Shown here: positions 1-13,000 of the stretch, in pieces
Layout: every line of letters starts with the position of its first letter
Numbering within the stretch: position 1 is the first letter of the stretch
NCBI GenBank assembly: GCA_964035545.1
Contig: OZ037767.1
Coordinates: 31,884,628-31,948,627, forward strand
DNA from: Bugula neritina
Lineage: Eukaryota > Animalia > Bryozoa
Direction of reading: 5' to 3'
DNA length: 64,000 nucleotides
Position numbers and translations under genes: made by a program
Notes under the pieces: model-generated
What the model was told of the DNA's origin: nothing
Databases searched by the model: none
Seen by the model: the letters and a program-made list of their open reading frames with translations, nothing else

Positions 1-146
1 CTGTATATACTGTATAGACTGTATATACTGTATAGACTGTATATACTGTATAGACTGTATATACTGTATACACTGTATATACTGTATAGACTGTATAGAC
101 TGTATATACTGTATATACTGTATACCCTGTATAGACTGTATAGACT
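1..146. repeat. 10-bp minisatellite CTGTATA(T/G)A-type
   Basis: Visible tandem array. Confidence 0.85.
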
Positions 147-249
147 AAATACTATGACAGTTGCACTGTAAACTAATTGATGTTTCTTTTATATCTCTTT
201 CTAACAAAGTCTTACCAGAAAATAGCTTAATTTTTGTATTAGACACCAT

Positions 250-356
250 GCTACCTGCAGATGCTACCTTCGGAAGTTACCTGCAGAAGGTATCTGCAGA
301 AGTTACCTGCAGAAGTTACCTGCAGAAGTTACCTGCAGAAGTTACCTGCAGAAGTA
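250..356. repeat. 13-bp minisatellite GAAGTTACCTGCA
   Basis: Visible tandem array. Confidence 0.85.
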
Positions 357-473
357 AACACTCGTGGCCTCACATAAACACAACAACATCCCCTGAGCTG
401 CAGATTTACAGAGCAAAGTGACTAAACTGGATGACAGCTGAATTTAGACTGGCAGCCATGATCACTCACTTAC

Positions 474-3400
474 CGTGAAGCGGTGAGGAAGGCGAATATA
501 AACAGGTCTGGTCAGCGAACTAATCTTCTCATTTCCTACTTGGACAGAGACCACCCAGCTATTGACAGGAAGTGATGTTATATTACTGTTTGAAATAACT
601 TCAAACAGTCTGGAGGATTTGTAGACTATAAACTTGAGTCTCTTCCCTGAACTACCGTCATTGGCTACAGAGGATCCAATCTCGGCTGGTAACGACACTC
701 GCAAGTCATCTACACCTTCTAGAGAATATATAATATACTTCTAGAGAATATATAATATACTTCTAGAGAATGTGTAATATACTTCTAGAGAATATATAAT
801 ATACTTCTAGAGAATATATAATATACTTCTAGAGAATATATAATATACTTCTAGAGAATATATAATATACTTCTAGAGAATGTGTAATATACTTCTAGAG
901 AATATATAATATACTTCTAGAGAATATATAATATACTTCTAGAGAATATATAATATACTTCTAGAGAATATATAATATACTTCTAGAGAATATATAATAT
1001 ACTTCTAGAGAATGTGTAATATACTTCTAGAGAATATATAATATACTTCTAGAGAATATATAATATACTTCTAAAGAATATATAATATACTTCTAGAGAA
1101 TATATAATATACTTCTAGAGAATATATAAAATACTTCTAGAGAATATATAATATACTTCTAGAGAACATATAATATACTTCTAGAGAACATATAATATAC
1201 TTCTAGAGAATATATAATATACTTCTAGAGAATGTATAATTTACTTCTTAAGATAAATATTAGACAAACCATCAGTTGAGTCTTCAAAGACGTAACCATT
1301 CTCGAAATCATTCGGATTAAATAGCGTTACGTGAACCGTAAGATGTGTCTGATTTAGTGTCACACTACCACTATCGCCCTCTAGTGGGACAACTTCTGTA
1401 AACCGTTCGATATTCTCTACCAACCTAACTCCAGAAAGTGAGAGTAAAACACCAACAAGTTTCATAGAAGAATGATGAGCTTACTATGATGAACACATGC
1501 ATACTTCACTGATACGAGTTTTAGAAATTCAGAAATGTTTTATTCTTGTTTAAGTTAACATTGTTCAACAGTGAGTGTCAGCTGATTAGATTAAGTGGAA
1601 TCAAGTAAATTCGTTGACACCATACATCAGACAGAGAAACTAACTATAATAATTATAGTAATGAATAGTGAATTAGCTATTCCATTTTATCATCTTATAC
1701 AAAATACGTAATCTCTGAAACAACAAAAGTTTCTATAACAAAAAACTGGAAGAAAAAGTTTGTATTTGAATTTCTATAAATTAGTGAATCACCTCTGCAC
1801 ACTGTTGTCCTTTTCATTGGCCATCATAAGACTTCTCACATTAATATTCTGCATGGCATTGAATGTGGACATGTAATTATCACTATCCTCTTTAGTAGGG
1901 GTGGACAAAGACAGCGCCCTGTTTATTATACTCGAAGCTAGTTCTATGTCTACACTAGAAACATCACTGTCACCTTCCTGGTTAACTGCAGACGTAATTA
2001 TAGTCGTCACATTCTTTACTGACTCTGAGGCTACAAGAATAAAGGATTTTAACAGCAAACACTAAGGCTATGAAAAGAGAGAGTACCCACAACTTCTGCT
2101 GCCAGATTAACTACCCCACCCTGCGGCCAAAGTAACTACTCCACTCCTCTTCTTGCTGCCAGAATGATCTTAACAAAGAACGCTCTATGAGTGAGTTGAG
2201 TTTCCCAAAGAGCACTTTTATAAATTTACCAGTTTGGTTGGTGACAGCTTCTAGAATCTTCTCTAAGTCTTCTGTCTTTTCAGAGGGACAGACTGTTGAG
2301 TCTTCCTGAGTCAGAGTTACCTTCCCTTCATCTAGAATACTACAAGTATATGTGTATAGATACTACTAGATATTAGACTCACTAGTATCTAGTAGTATAA
2401 CTGAAGGTACACAGTGTCTAGTATCTAGTAATATAACTGAAGGTACACAGTGTCTAGTATCTAGTAGTATAACTGAAGGTACACAGTGTCTAGTATCTAG
2501 TAGTATAACTAAAGGTACACAGTGTCTAGTATCTATAGTATAACTGAAGGTACACAGTTACTAGTATCTATAGTATAACTAAAGGTACACAGTTACTAGT
2601 ATCTATAGTATAACTAAAGGTACACAGTTACTAGTAGTTATAGTATAACTGAAGGTAAATACTCACCAGTATCTGGAGTATAACTGAAGGCTTTCATTAA
2701 AAAGAAATTTGCAAACAGGAGGGACTTCAGATCCAAGAATAAATCTGATGTCATCAGACTCGATGCAGTATGCTGAAATAATGTGTATAAAGTGACGAGT
2801 TTTTTAGTATACTTCTGTTGAGTTTCAGTTTGAAAAGCACTGGTAAGCTAACATTATTCCAAACACAACTCAGCTTCAACTAGACTTTCCTTTATACTAA
2901 AAATACTAAGTCACATTCTTTTATGATCTAGTCACACTCACTTAGAGTATAGTCACACTAACTTATAGTATAGTCACACTAACTTATAGTATAGTCACAC
3001 TGAGTTTAGCAAATAGTCACACTCAGCATATGACACTATCACACACAGATGATTATACAGCCCCTCAAGTACCTTGAGTAGAGTTGAGGAATACTGTTGT
3101 AGTAGAAAGGAATTGTGGTCGACTCTCAGCATTGAGTTTAGTTTCCAGACTGTCAGTAGGGATAGGAGTTGTGTTACTAACTCTCTGTGTTATTGTGATG
3201 TAATAGAAGCACTGCCTGCCTCCTATAGTCGGTGGCGTTACGCAGCTGCAGATAACATAAGATGACTACTTGATTTATGCATATAACATCACGAACAATA
3301 GAATAGCCTAACAGGAATCTCTCTACCAAAGATTTCCATTGGCTGGTAGAGGTGTGTCCTGGTGTTGGTATACAAGCAGAGCGTTCACTGTAATCAACAA

Positions 3401-4529
3401 AGTGGTTCTACATTTACTTTTGACTGAGCACTACAAGGTACATACTTAGCTGTCATTGGGCGATGCTATTTTTTACTTGCGTGTTATTGCTTAATAAGAA
3501 ACTCAATACAAACTAATGGTCATTAAGTTAACATTAATTTTTATACTTAATTGTGAGCTTGAAATGTACAGTTTGTTAATAAGTTAATAGACATTTTGTA
3601 TGCTGGCATATTACTGGCTGAAATGCATTGTAAACTAACCTTCTATTGGTCAAAGTTATATCTTCAATGTCTAAGTATTCTTTTAATTGGTCGGCTATAT
3701 CATCAATAACCTCCGTAGATTGTATGATCCACTCACTTGTAGCAGTCGACTCAACTAAAGCAGTAAGTTGTTTTAACAACATGATAGAAAAGGAAATATT
3801 CGAAGTGGAGGACGTAAATACAAAATTATTTAAATATAAAAAATAAAAGTAAATAAGCAAAAAATCAAATAGTGTGACACAAGAGAGCTAGAGTTTTACT
3901 CTGTAGACAATATTTCTCTAGCCACTTAGAAAGACAACTCTCAATACATCTGAACTATCAAACCCGTTTACTCGAAGGAAACAATAGAAAAATATTATTA
4001 GTTTCATTGATCTAAAAAGCTATAAAGAAGCAAAGAAAGAAAACTAGTGATAACCAGAAGTTAGGGCAGGTGTAAACATTATTACTAACATCAGCATAGC
4101 GACATACCTGCTGAAACAGAAGTACTTGTGGCAGTTGTGTTGATAGTAGTTGGAGTGGTAGTAGTAGTTGGAGTGGTAGTAGTAGTAGTTGTTGGAGTGG
4201 TAGTTGGAGTGGTAGTAGTAGTAGTTGGAGTGGTAGTAGTAGTAGTTGGAGTGGTAGTAGTAGTAGTTGTTGGAGTGGTAGTTGGAGTGGTAGTAGTAGT
4301 AGTTGGAGTGGTGGTAGTAGTAGTTGGAGTGGTAGTAGTAGTAGTTGTTGTCGGAGTGGTAGTAGTAGTAGTTGTTGGAGTGGTAGTTGGAGTGGTAGTA
4401 GTAGTAGTTGGAGTGGTGGTAGTAGTAGTTGGAGTGGTAGTAGTAGTAGTTGTTGTCGGAGTGGTAGTAGTAGTTGTTGGAGTGGTAGTAGTAGTAGTTG
4501 TTGGAGTGGTAGTAGTAGTAGTTGGAGTG

Positions 4530-4588
<59 letters not shown>

Positions 4589-7500
4589 TGGAGTGGTAGT
4601 AGTAGTAGTTGGAGTGGTAGTAGTAGTAGTTGGAGTGGTAGTAGTAGTTGTTGGAGTGGTAGTAGTAGTAGTTGTTGGAGTGGTAGTAGTAGTTGTTGGA
4701 GTGGTAGTAGTAGTAGTTGGAGTGGTAGTAGTAGTAGTTGGAGTGGTAGTAGTAGTAGTTGGAGTGGTAGTAGTAGTAGTAGTTGTTGGAGTGATAGTAG
4801 TAGTAGTTGTTGGAGTGGTAGTTGGAGTGGTAGTAGTAGTAGTTGGAGTGGTAGTAGTAGTAGTTGTTGGAGTGGTAGTAGTAGTAGTTGTTGGAGTGGT
4901 AGTTGGAGTGGTAGTAGTAGTAGTTGGAGTGGTAGTAGTAGTAGTTGGAGTGGTAGTAGTAGTAGTTGGAGTGGTAGTAGTAGTAGTTGGAGTGGTAGTA
5001 GTAGTAGTTGGAGTGGTAGTAGTAGTAGTTGGAGTGGTAGTAGTAGTTGTTGGAGTGGTAGTAGTAGTAGTTGGAGTGGTAGTAGTAGTAGTTGGAGTGG
5101 TAGTAGTAGTAGTTGGAGTGGTAGTAGTAGTAGTAGTTGTTGGAGTGATAGTAGTAGTAGTTGTTGGAGTGGTAGTTGGAGTGGTAGTAGTAGTAGTTGG
5201 AGTGGTAGTAGTAGTAGTTGTTGGAGTGGTAGTAGTAGTAGTTGTTGGAGTGGTAGTTGGAGTGGTAGTAGTAGTAGTTGGAGTGGTAGTAGTAGTAGTT
5301 GGAGTGGTAGTAGTAGTAGTTGTTGGAGTGGTAGTTGGAGTGGTAGTAGTAGTAGTTGGAGTGGTAGTTGGAGTGGTAGTAGTAGGAGTGTCGGTAACCG
5401 GAGTGGTAGTAGTAGTTGGAGTGGTAGTAGTAGTAGTTGGAGTGGTAGTAGTAGTAGTTGTTGGAGTGGTAGTAGTAGTAGTTGGAGTGGTAGTAGTAGT
5501 AGTTGTTGGAGTAGTAGTTGGAGTGGTAGTTGGAGTGGTAGTAGTAGTAGTTGTTGGAGTAGTAGTTGGAGTGGTAGTTGGAGTGGTAGTAGTAGTAGTT
5601 GGAGTGGTAGTAGTAGTAGTTGGAGTGGTAGTAGTAGTAGTTGGAGTGGTAGTAGAAGTAGTTGGAGTGGTAGTAGTAGTAGTTGTTGGAGTGGTAGTAG
5701 TAGTAGTTGGAGTGGTAGTAGTAGTAGTTGTTGGAGTAGTAGTTGGAGTGGTAGTAGTAGTAGTTGGAGTGGTAGTAGTAGTAGTTGTTGGAGTAGTAGT
5801 TGGAGTGGTAGTAGTAGTTGTTGTTGGAGTGGTAGTTGGAGTGGTAGTAGTAGAAGTGTCGGTAACCGGAGTGGTAGTAGTAGTAGTTGGAGTGGTAGTG
5901 GTAGTAGTAGTAGTGGTAGTAGCTGGATTAGTAATATTTAGAGTAGTAGTAGTAGTAGTCTGATATCTGTCTGTTGATGTATCAAATGAAGAGGTGAAGT
6001 TACTTTCTCTTGTGGTCGACATATTTGATGGCAAAGTACTTCTGTCTGTAATTTAACAAGACAGGAAACTTTAAGTCTTGCAGCTAGGTTTGACGTACAC
6101 ATACAGACGTACACACATACAGACGTACACACATACAGACGTACACACATACAGACGTACACACATACAGACGTACACACAGACACACATAGATACATAC
6201 AGGCGTACACACAGACACACATAGATACATACAGACGTACACACATACAGACGTACACACATACAGACGTACACACAGACACACATAGATACATACAGAC
6301 GTACACACAGACACACATAGATACATACAGACACACATAGATACATACAGACATACAGACATATTATAGATCTTACATCATAATGAGTTTCACCGGGAGT
6401 TATGCTCACCTGCACATGTGCCATGACTTGGTTTCCAGTCTAGGAAAGTGTTTAGCACTTCCTGCTGATCAGTACATGTGCCGTTGATAAAAAATAACTT
6501 TTCTCGGGAGAGTTGGACGAGCAGATAGAGTTGGCAGGAGCACCTTAGAGGGTTGTGTGACAGATTGCTACAATATACTTATACTTATACTATAGCTATT
6601 GGATATATTACATAATATCTACGATATATTACATAATATCTAGCATATATTACAAAATATCCAGGATATATTAGATATACTCACATCTTCAAGGGTGTCT
6701 GAGAGAAATCATTGAACAGATTTTCCTTGAGAAAAGGAATTTGATTGTAAGCAAGGTCACTGTAATCAAAGCAACGAAAGAAATAGGGGGTATAAAAGGA
6801 GTGTACATAGGGAAAGGTAAGTAGGGGGTCTATAGAAGGAGTGTACATAGTGAAAGGTAAGTAGGAAGTGTAGAAGGTGTGTATATAATTCACTTACATT
6901 AGTTGTAGATTGGGAAGATTCTGGAACACCAGTTGGCTAACTCTGTTTATTTTGTTAAAACTCAAGTCTCTGCAAATGTATAAGGAACTTAAAGCTAAGC
7001 GCTGAAAGTGTGATCCAAGGCTAAGTGCTGAACGTATGATCTCAAGCTAAGTGTTTAATATGAAATACTTAGTCTAAGTTTTCAACTCACATTAGCGTGA
7101 CAGCAACCAGGGGGTGGAAGGCAGCATCTGGGACTTGACTAATGTTGTTATGGGAAAGATATCTGTAAGAGATAACATTACATTAAGTAACATAATATAC
7201 CTATAATACACTATAATATATACAGTATACAGTATATCAGTAGAGTAAGTTATACTTACAGAATAGAGTATATTATACTTACAGAATAGAGTAAGCTATA
7301 CTTACAGAATAGAGTAAGTTATACTTACAGAATAGAGTATATTATACTTACAGTACTTTCAATGCTTTTTGACTTGCAAATGTGTCCTCGTCTATTTCAG
7401 ATATTAGATTATTGTTTATGAACCTGGGAAATGAAATGACAATAAACTAGAATATAATATAAGTGCTGCATATCAGTATATCAATAATCACTTCAATATC

Positions 7501-8377
7501 TAATATCTATACTCAATATCACAGTAGTGTGGGGAGATAACTTACAGTGTGGGGGAGATAACTTACAGTGTGGAGAGATAACTTACAGTGTGGGGAGATA
7601 ACTTACAGTGTGGGGAGATAACTTACAGTGTGGGGAGATAACTTACAGTGTGGGGAGATAACTTATAGCGTGGGGAGATAACTTACAGTGTGGGGGAGAT
7701 AACTTACAGTGTGGAGAGATAACTTACAGTGTGGGGGAGATAACTTACAGTGTGGGAAGATAACTTACATCTAGACAGGTTACTTACAGTCTGGACAAGC
7801 TCAGCTCAAAGAAGCTCTCTGCAGTAAGTCTCGTTATAAAGTTATGACTCATATCTCTACAAAATATAGCCTAGTATTTAAAAGCAGATTCTAAAAGCAT
7901 GTTTTGTCACATGACACAGAGAATCACATGATACAGAGAGTCACATGACACAGAGAGAGTCACATGACACAGAGAGAGTCACATGACACAGAGATAAAGT
8001 CACATGACACAAAGAGAGAGTCACATGACACACAGAGAGAGAGTCACATGACACAGAGAGAGTCACATGACAGAGAGAGAGAGTCACATGACACAGAATG
8101 GAATAGTGGTAACATTAATTAGCCGATCATCAGAAAACATACAACAGTATGAGACATACAGAGTCTGAATTTTAGGAGGGATGTTGAGAGGGACTTCATG
8201 CAGCCCGCGGCCACTGCAGTTCATCTCCCTGAATTGTGAGTCACATGCGCAGATGTCACAGGCTGTGGGGATAGTAGCACTGGCTCCACTAGCGGTGTGT
8301 ATAAGGGTGAGCACTAGGAGGGCCCCGTATGTGACGCTAGTGAAGGATCTCCAGCCAGACAAAGATGTCAGCGCCAT
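474..8377 (-). CDS. Adhesion GPCR-like protein, N-terminal part (signal peptide, LRRNT, LRRs, LRRCT, Thr/Pro mucin stalk, GAIN region); GPS/7TM predicted beyond left edge
   Basis: Phase-compatible GT-AG exons: 8377-8160 (MALTSL...CDICAC..NCSGRGL), 7856-7788, 7423-7352, 7162-7091, 6969-6898, 6759-6685 (69-75 nt phase-2 LRR exons: DMSHNFI, FINNNLI, YLSHNNI, DLSFNKI, DLAYNQI), 6567-6410 (NLSHNPLRCSC, LRRCT), 6045-4108 (mucin), 3754-3640, 3245-3073, 2772-2667, 2339-2230, 2030-1793, 1424-1270, 718-474 (VVSVQVG..ISSLTRPVYIRLPH, typical GAIN segment just before a GPS). The aGPCR call is inferred because the 7TM is not in the window. Confidence 0.75.
716..1240. repeat. 22-bp intronic minisatellite containing the 3' splice site
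   Basis: ~24 copies of CTTCTAGAGAATATATAATATA. Confidence 0.95.
2381..2690. repeat. 35-36-bp intronic minisatellite derived from an exon end
   Basis: ~8 copies of AGTATCTAGTAGTATAACTGAAGGTACACAGTGTCT. Confidence 0.9.
4135..5958 (-). repeat. Coding low-complexity repeat (Pro-Thr(n)), mucin-like stalk
   Basis: Stop-free ACT/ACC/CCA triplet array inside the 1938-nt exon 6045-4108, with proper splice sites at both ends. Confidence 0.9.
6090..6362. repeat. 16-bp-based minisatellite ACACATACAGACGTAC
   Basis: Intronic tandem array. Confidence 0.85.
7240..7353. repeat. 23-bp donor-site minisatellite
   Basis: ATACTTACAG recurs about every 23 bp from 7252 to the real donor at 7351. Confidence 0.9.
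7527..7790. repeat. 20-21-bp donor-site minisatellite
   Basis: ~12 copies of GTGTGGGGAGATAACTTACA. Confidence 0.9.
7905..8097. repeat. 17-21-bp minisatellite GTCACATGACACAGAGA(GA)
   Basis: Intronic tandem array. Confidence 0.85.
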
Positions 8378-8617
8378 TCTTCGCGTAGTCAGCTGCTTTA
8401 GTGAAACATAAAATAATAAAACAGAATCATCAGTCAAATAACTGAGTGAAGTGGAAGTTGTCTGTAACATGTATTCAACATGTATTCAACATGTATTCAA
8501 CAGTTGTATTTATTCAACAGTTTTGTGTATTCAACAGTTGCGTGTCATCATATTCCATATATCAAATTTTCTTTCAACAAAATAAATACAATTAGTTGAA
8601 CTCTCCTACACTCAGTG

Positions 8618-8814
8618 CTACACTGTAGTGTCTACAATGTAGTGTCTACAGTTAATACTACACTGTAGTGTCTACAGTTAATACTACAGTGTAATGTCTA
8701 CAGTGTAGTGTTTACAGTGTAGTGTCTACAGTGTAGTGTCTACAGTTAACACTACAGTGTAGTGTCTACAGTTAACACTACACTGTAGTGTCTACAGTTA
8801 ACACTACAGTGTAG
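8618..8814. repeat. Minisatellite CTACA(G/C)TGTAGTGT
   Basis: Tandem array with a quasi-palindromic core. Confidence 0.8.
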
Positions 8815-8942
8815 CGTGAAGGTCTGTACTAACCGTAGACTCCGAATAGTTTCAATGAGCTCTCAGTCACAAGTCAGTAGAACTCATGACAAATCTAGTG
8901 AATATTTCTAGTCCCACACGTTGAACAGCAACAGTCTGTGTC

Positions 8943-9532
8943 TATAATATAACATATATAACAGTGTATAATATAACATATAGCATATAATATAACAGTG
9001 TATAATATAACATATAGTGTATAATATAACATATAGCATATAATATAACAGTGTATAATATAACATATAGCGTACAATATAACATATAGCATATAATATA
9101 ACATATAATATAACATATAGTGTATAATATAACATATAGTGTATAATATGACATATAGCATATAATATAACATATAACATACAATATAACATATAGCATA
9201 TAATATGACATATAGCATATAATATAACATATAGCGTACAATATAACATATAGCATATAATATGACATATAGCATATAATATAACATATAGCATATAATA
9301 TAACATATAGCGTACAATATAACATATAGCATATAATATGACATATAGCATATAATATAACATATAGCATATAATATAACATATAGCGTACAATATGACA
9401 TATAGCATATAATATAACATATAGCATATAATATAACATATAGTGTATAATATAACATATAGCGTATAATATAACATATAGCGTATAATATAACATATAG
9501 CGTATAATATAACATATAGTGTATAATATGAC
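8943..9532. repeat. 19-bp minisatellite ATATAATATAACATATAGC
   Basis: ~30 copies. Confidence 0.9.
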
Positions 9533-10218
9533 AGCTCATAAGGCTTTATTTAGACTCTGAGTTATTTTAGACCTTTGTTCAAAGTTATCAGGACTATATT
9601 ATATCAACATATAACATAAAGAACAACTGAATGAAGAGACACACAATACAATGACTACGTGTGCCACTACGTTCAGGCTTAGCATAGGGCTTTGATATTT
9701 GATCAGTTTTAGAGCAAGACTACCTCATGCAACTGACACCAGCAGCAAATGAGAATATGAACTTTCCCTCCCTTACCAAACACTTGCCGTCTACCATACT
9801 AGAGTGAGTAAATTTCACACACAAGAGTGATCTACAGGTGTTACTGTATATAATATATAATACGAGTATATCACATATCACATCTACACTCAATCTGGTT
9901 TTAGACCATCATGCTGATAGCAACTAATTAAAATAAATTAAATATTTACCAAACTTGCTCCTTGCTTGAGGTGAGGAACTAGACAATGAGATGAATACTG
10001 CCGTGCACTATGCCCACATTTATCAGCTAGTAAACACAAACCTCAAGATTTTGAATACATAATCAGCTTAGCCACTGGGCTAAGAATGCACACAGTTTAT
10101 CTAACTGCATTTTTCGATATTATCATCAAAGTATGATACTGTTTGTTTAATGAGACACTTTAAGGATAAGTCAATAGTGTAACTGAGGCAACTCCCTGCT
10201 TTCACCCTAAACACCCTG

Positions 10219-10658
10219 CCCTCTACTCTACCCTCTACTCTACCCTCTACTCTGCTCTACCCTCTGCTCTACCCTCTGCTCTACCTTCTACTCTACCTTC
10301 TACTCTACTCTACCCTCTGCTCTACCTTCTACTCTGCTCTACCCTCTACTCTGCTCTACCCTCTACTCTGCTCTACCCTCTGCTCTACCCTCTACTCTAC
10401 TCTACTCTACCCTACCCTCTACTCCACTCTACTCTACCCTCTACTCTACCCTCTACTCTACTCTACTCTACCCTACCCTCTACTCCACTCTACTCTACCC
10501 TCTACTCTACCCTCTGCTCTACCTTCTACTCTACTCTACCCTCTCTCTACCCTCTACTCTACCCTCTACTCTACCCTCTACTCTACCCTCTACTCTACCC
10601 TCTACTCTACCCTCTACTCTACTCTCTACTCTACTCTCTACTCTACTCTACCCTCTAC
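10219..10658. repeat. Pyrimidine-rich CTCTA(C)/CTCTG simple repeat
   Basis: Tandem array. Confidence 0.9.
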
Positions 10659-10680
10659 TACATGCAGATGAGTGGTGTCC

Positions 10681-10869
10681 GGTAAAAATGGCAATGGTAA
10701 AGATGGCACAAATGGAAAAGCAGGAAAAAATGGCACATTTTCAATATTAGGGTTTAGGGGTTGGGTGTTTGAGGTGGGATTTAGGTTTGGGAATGAGAGT
10801 TTGAGTTTGGGGGTTGAGGCTTAGGGGTTTGAGTTTGGGAAAATTTAACATCAGTTTGCCATTTTTACC
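10681..10869. mobile_element. Small inverted-repeat-bounded element with G/T-rich telomere-like core
   Basis: 14-bp IR GGTAAAAATGGCAA / TTGCCATTTTTACC enclosing TTAGGG/TTTGGG-like motifs. Confidence 0.45.
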
Positions 10870-11310
10870 TAAAATCGCAGAAGAGCAAATAAATTTTAGT
10901 ACATTCTAGTTATACTTCCAAATAGTTATTCAAATATTTTGAACTGCCCTCACATCAAAAGGAAAGTAACCAAAAGTTATGCAACGTTGATATATATTCC
11001 AAAGCAATAGAATATTTCACCAAGGAGAGAGTTTATGAATCAGTGAAAATGATAACAATAGTAGAATATTATAAAAAGCAGGCAAGTCTTTATTGCTGCT
11101 CATTTACTTAACATCAATAGTTGCTGTGTGAGTCACAACGCTATAACATCTCTACTCCACTTCAAATATTTTCTCCCCAGCAGTTTTATTAATGACTGGT
11201 TGTAAAAATGCCACCAACAAGTTCTAGATTGAATACTCAACAAGCAAGATAATAAATACCATCAGTTATGAGATACCAAATGCAAATTATGTATCTATAT
11301 TTATTTAACT

Positions 11311-11860
11311 GTGAGTCATCTCATAGTAAGTCATCTCATAGTAAGTCAACTCATAGTAAGTCATCTCATAGTAAGTTATCTCATAGTAAGTCATCTCAGA
11401 GTAAGTCATCTCACAGTAAGTCATCTCATAGTGAGTCATCTCATAGTGAGTCATCTCATAGTAAGTCATCTCATAGTAAGTCAACTCATAGTAAGTCATC
11501 TCATAGTAAGTCATCTCACAGTAAGTCATCTCATAGTGAGTCATCTCATAGTGAGTCATCTCATAGTAAGTCATCTCATAGTAAGTCAACTCATAGTAAG
11601 TCATCTCATAGTAAGTCATCTCATAGTAAGTCATCTCAGAGTAAGTCATCTCACAGTGAGTCATCTCAGAGTAAGTCAACTCATAGTAAGTCATCTCATA
11701 GTAAGTCATCTCACAGTAAGTCATCTCACAGTAAGTCATCTCATAGTGAGTCATCTCATAGTAAGTCATCTCATAGTAAGTCAACTCATAGTAAGTCATC
11801 TCATAGTAAGTCATCTCATAGTAAGTCATCTCAGAGTAAGTCATCTCACAGTGAGTCATC
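11311..11860. repeat. 15-bp minisatellite GTAAGTCATCTCATA
   Basis: ~36 copies. Confidence 0.95.
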
Positions 11861-12909
11861 AATGTGTTAGTTGCCTAGCAACAAACCCCAACAAACAGAA
11901 ACCTAGAGTTATGAGCAGACTATGTCCACGGGTATTACAGCTAAACCTGAAAGCTAAGGAGCTGGTAGAACCCAGACAAAGGAAGTACACAAACAGCTAA
12001 CTGTAAGCAGATAAGTTGATATTTTATATAAAATGACATTTTGAAAGAATTACTATTATAATAAAATGATCAGATGGCTATAAGGCAGCAATGTGAATAA
12101 AGAGGTAATAATACAACTATACACAAGCAGATGTTAAACTAGTTATGTAAACTATGCATGATCCCTACCATATTTTACTCACATTTAAAGCTGCGGTAAA
12201 ACTGAAGATGAGAGAATACTATTCCGTACAGTTCAGTACAGCAAAGTTTTCTGACACTCACACAAAGCTTTAAAATATCTCAAAAGCTAAGAACTTTGCC
12301 TCTTAATCCTAAACGAGTTCCTTAATTGTCAGCAATACATTTTCTTCTCAAACCCCATTGGCTGATTAAGACTGATTGAGCAAGGTCGGCTGTTTGGTAA
12401 GTAAATTCAACTGATTATAGCTTAGCACTTAGTAACTTAACATTCAAGTGCTACTCAACGCAATGTTAACCTGCCTCTAATCTTAGAGAAATATTATTGT
12501 ACTGTAACACGTATCAACCAGTGTGTCTCAACTTGTATGCCTAACAGTAAGATTGGCAGAAATAGTCTAGAGGGATAACTATCAAGTGAACCTTAAGGGG
12601 TGGTGTGTGTAAGCCGTAAGGTACTGAAGAAAAGCTACAAACCATGTTAACACTCATAAATTTACAAAATGCCCGCATAATTAAATACGTCAAGAATTGC
12701 AATTTTTAAAATAGCCATATTTCCTTTGAATTACAAACTTCAAAACTAAATCAAAACTATAAACTCCTAAGCTAAGCTCAATTCTACATCTCAGCACGGG
12801 TTAGTAGGTGTGGTGGTGTATACGCTATGTAATAACTTACCTTAGCTTAAGTGCGTTCTCTCTAGCCTAGGTATACTATACCACGCAGTAGTGCACAGCC
12901 ATAGACAGC

Positions 12910-13000
12910 TATACGGTATTACAGCTAAGTTATACTGTATTACAGCTAAGTTATACTGTATTACAGCTAAGTTATACTGTATTACAGCTAAGTTATACCG
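12910..13000. repeat. 21-bp minisatellite TTACAGCTAAGTTATACTGTA
   Basis: 4 copies. Confidence 0.85.

Noticed and set aside
3300-3390. Candidate extra ADGR exon
   Set aside because: Not needed: exon 3754-3640 joins 3245-3073 in phase, and no convincing compatible donor was found
4128-5963. 611-aa poly-Val/Gly ORF
   Set aside because: Antisense shadow of the Thr/Pro mucin exon
11268-12000. Ser/His/Lys-rich ORFs
   Set aside because: 15-bp repeat translations open in multiple frames on both strands; no gene context
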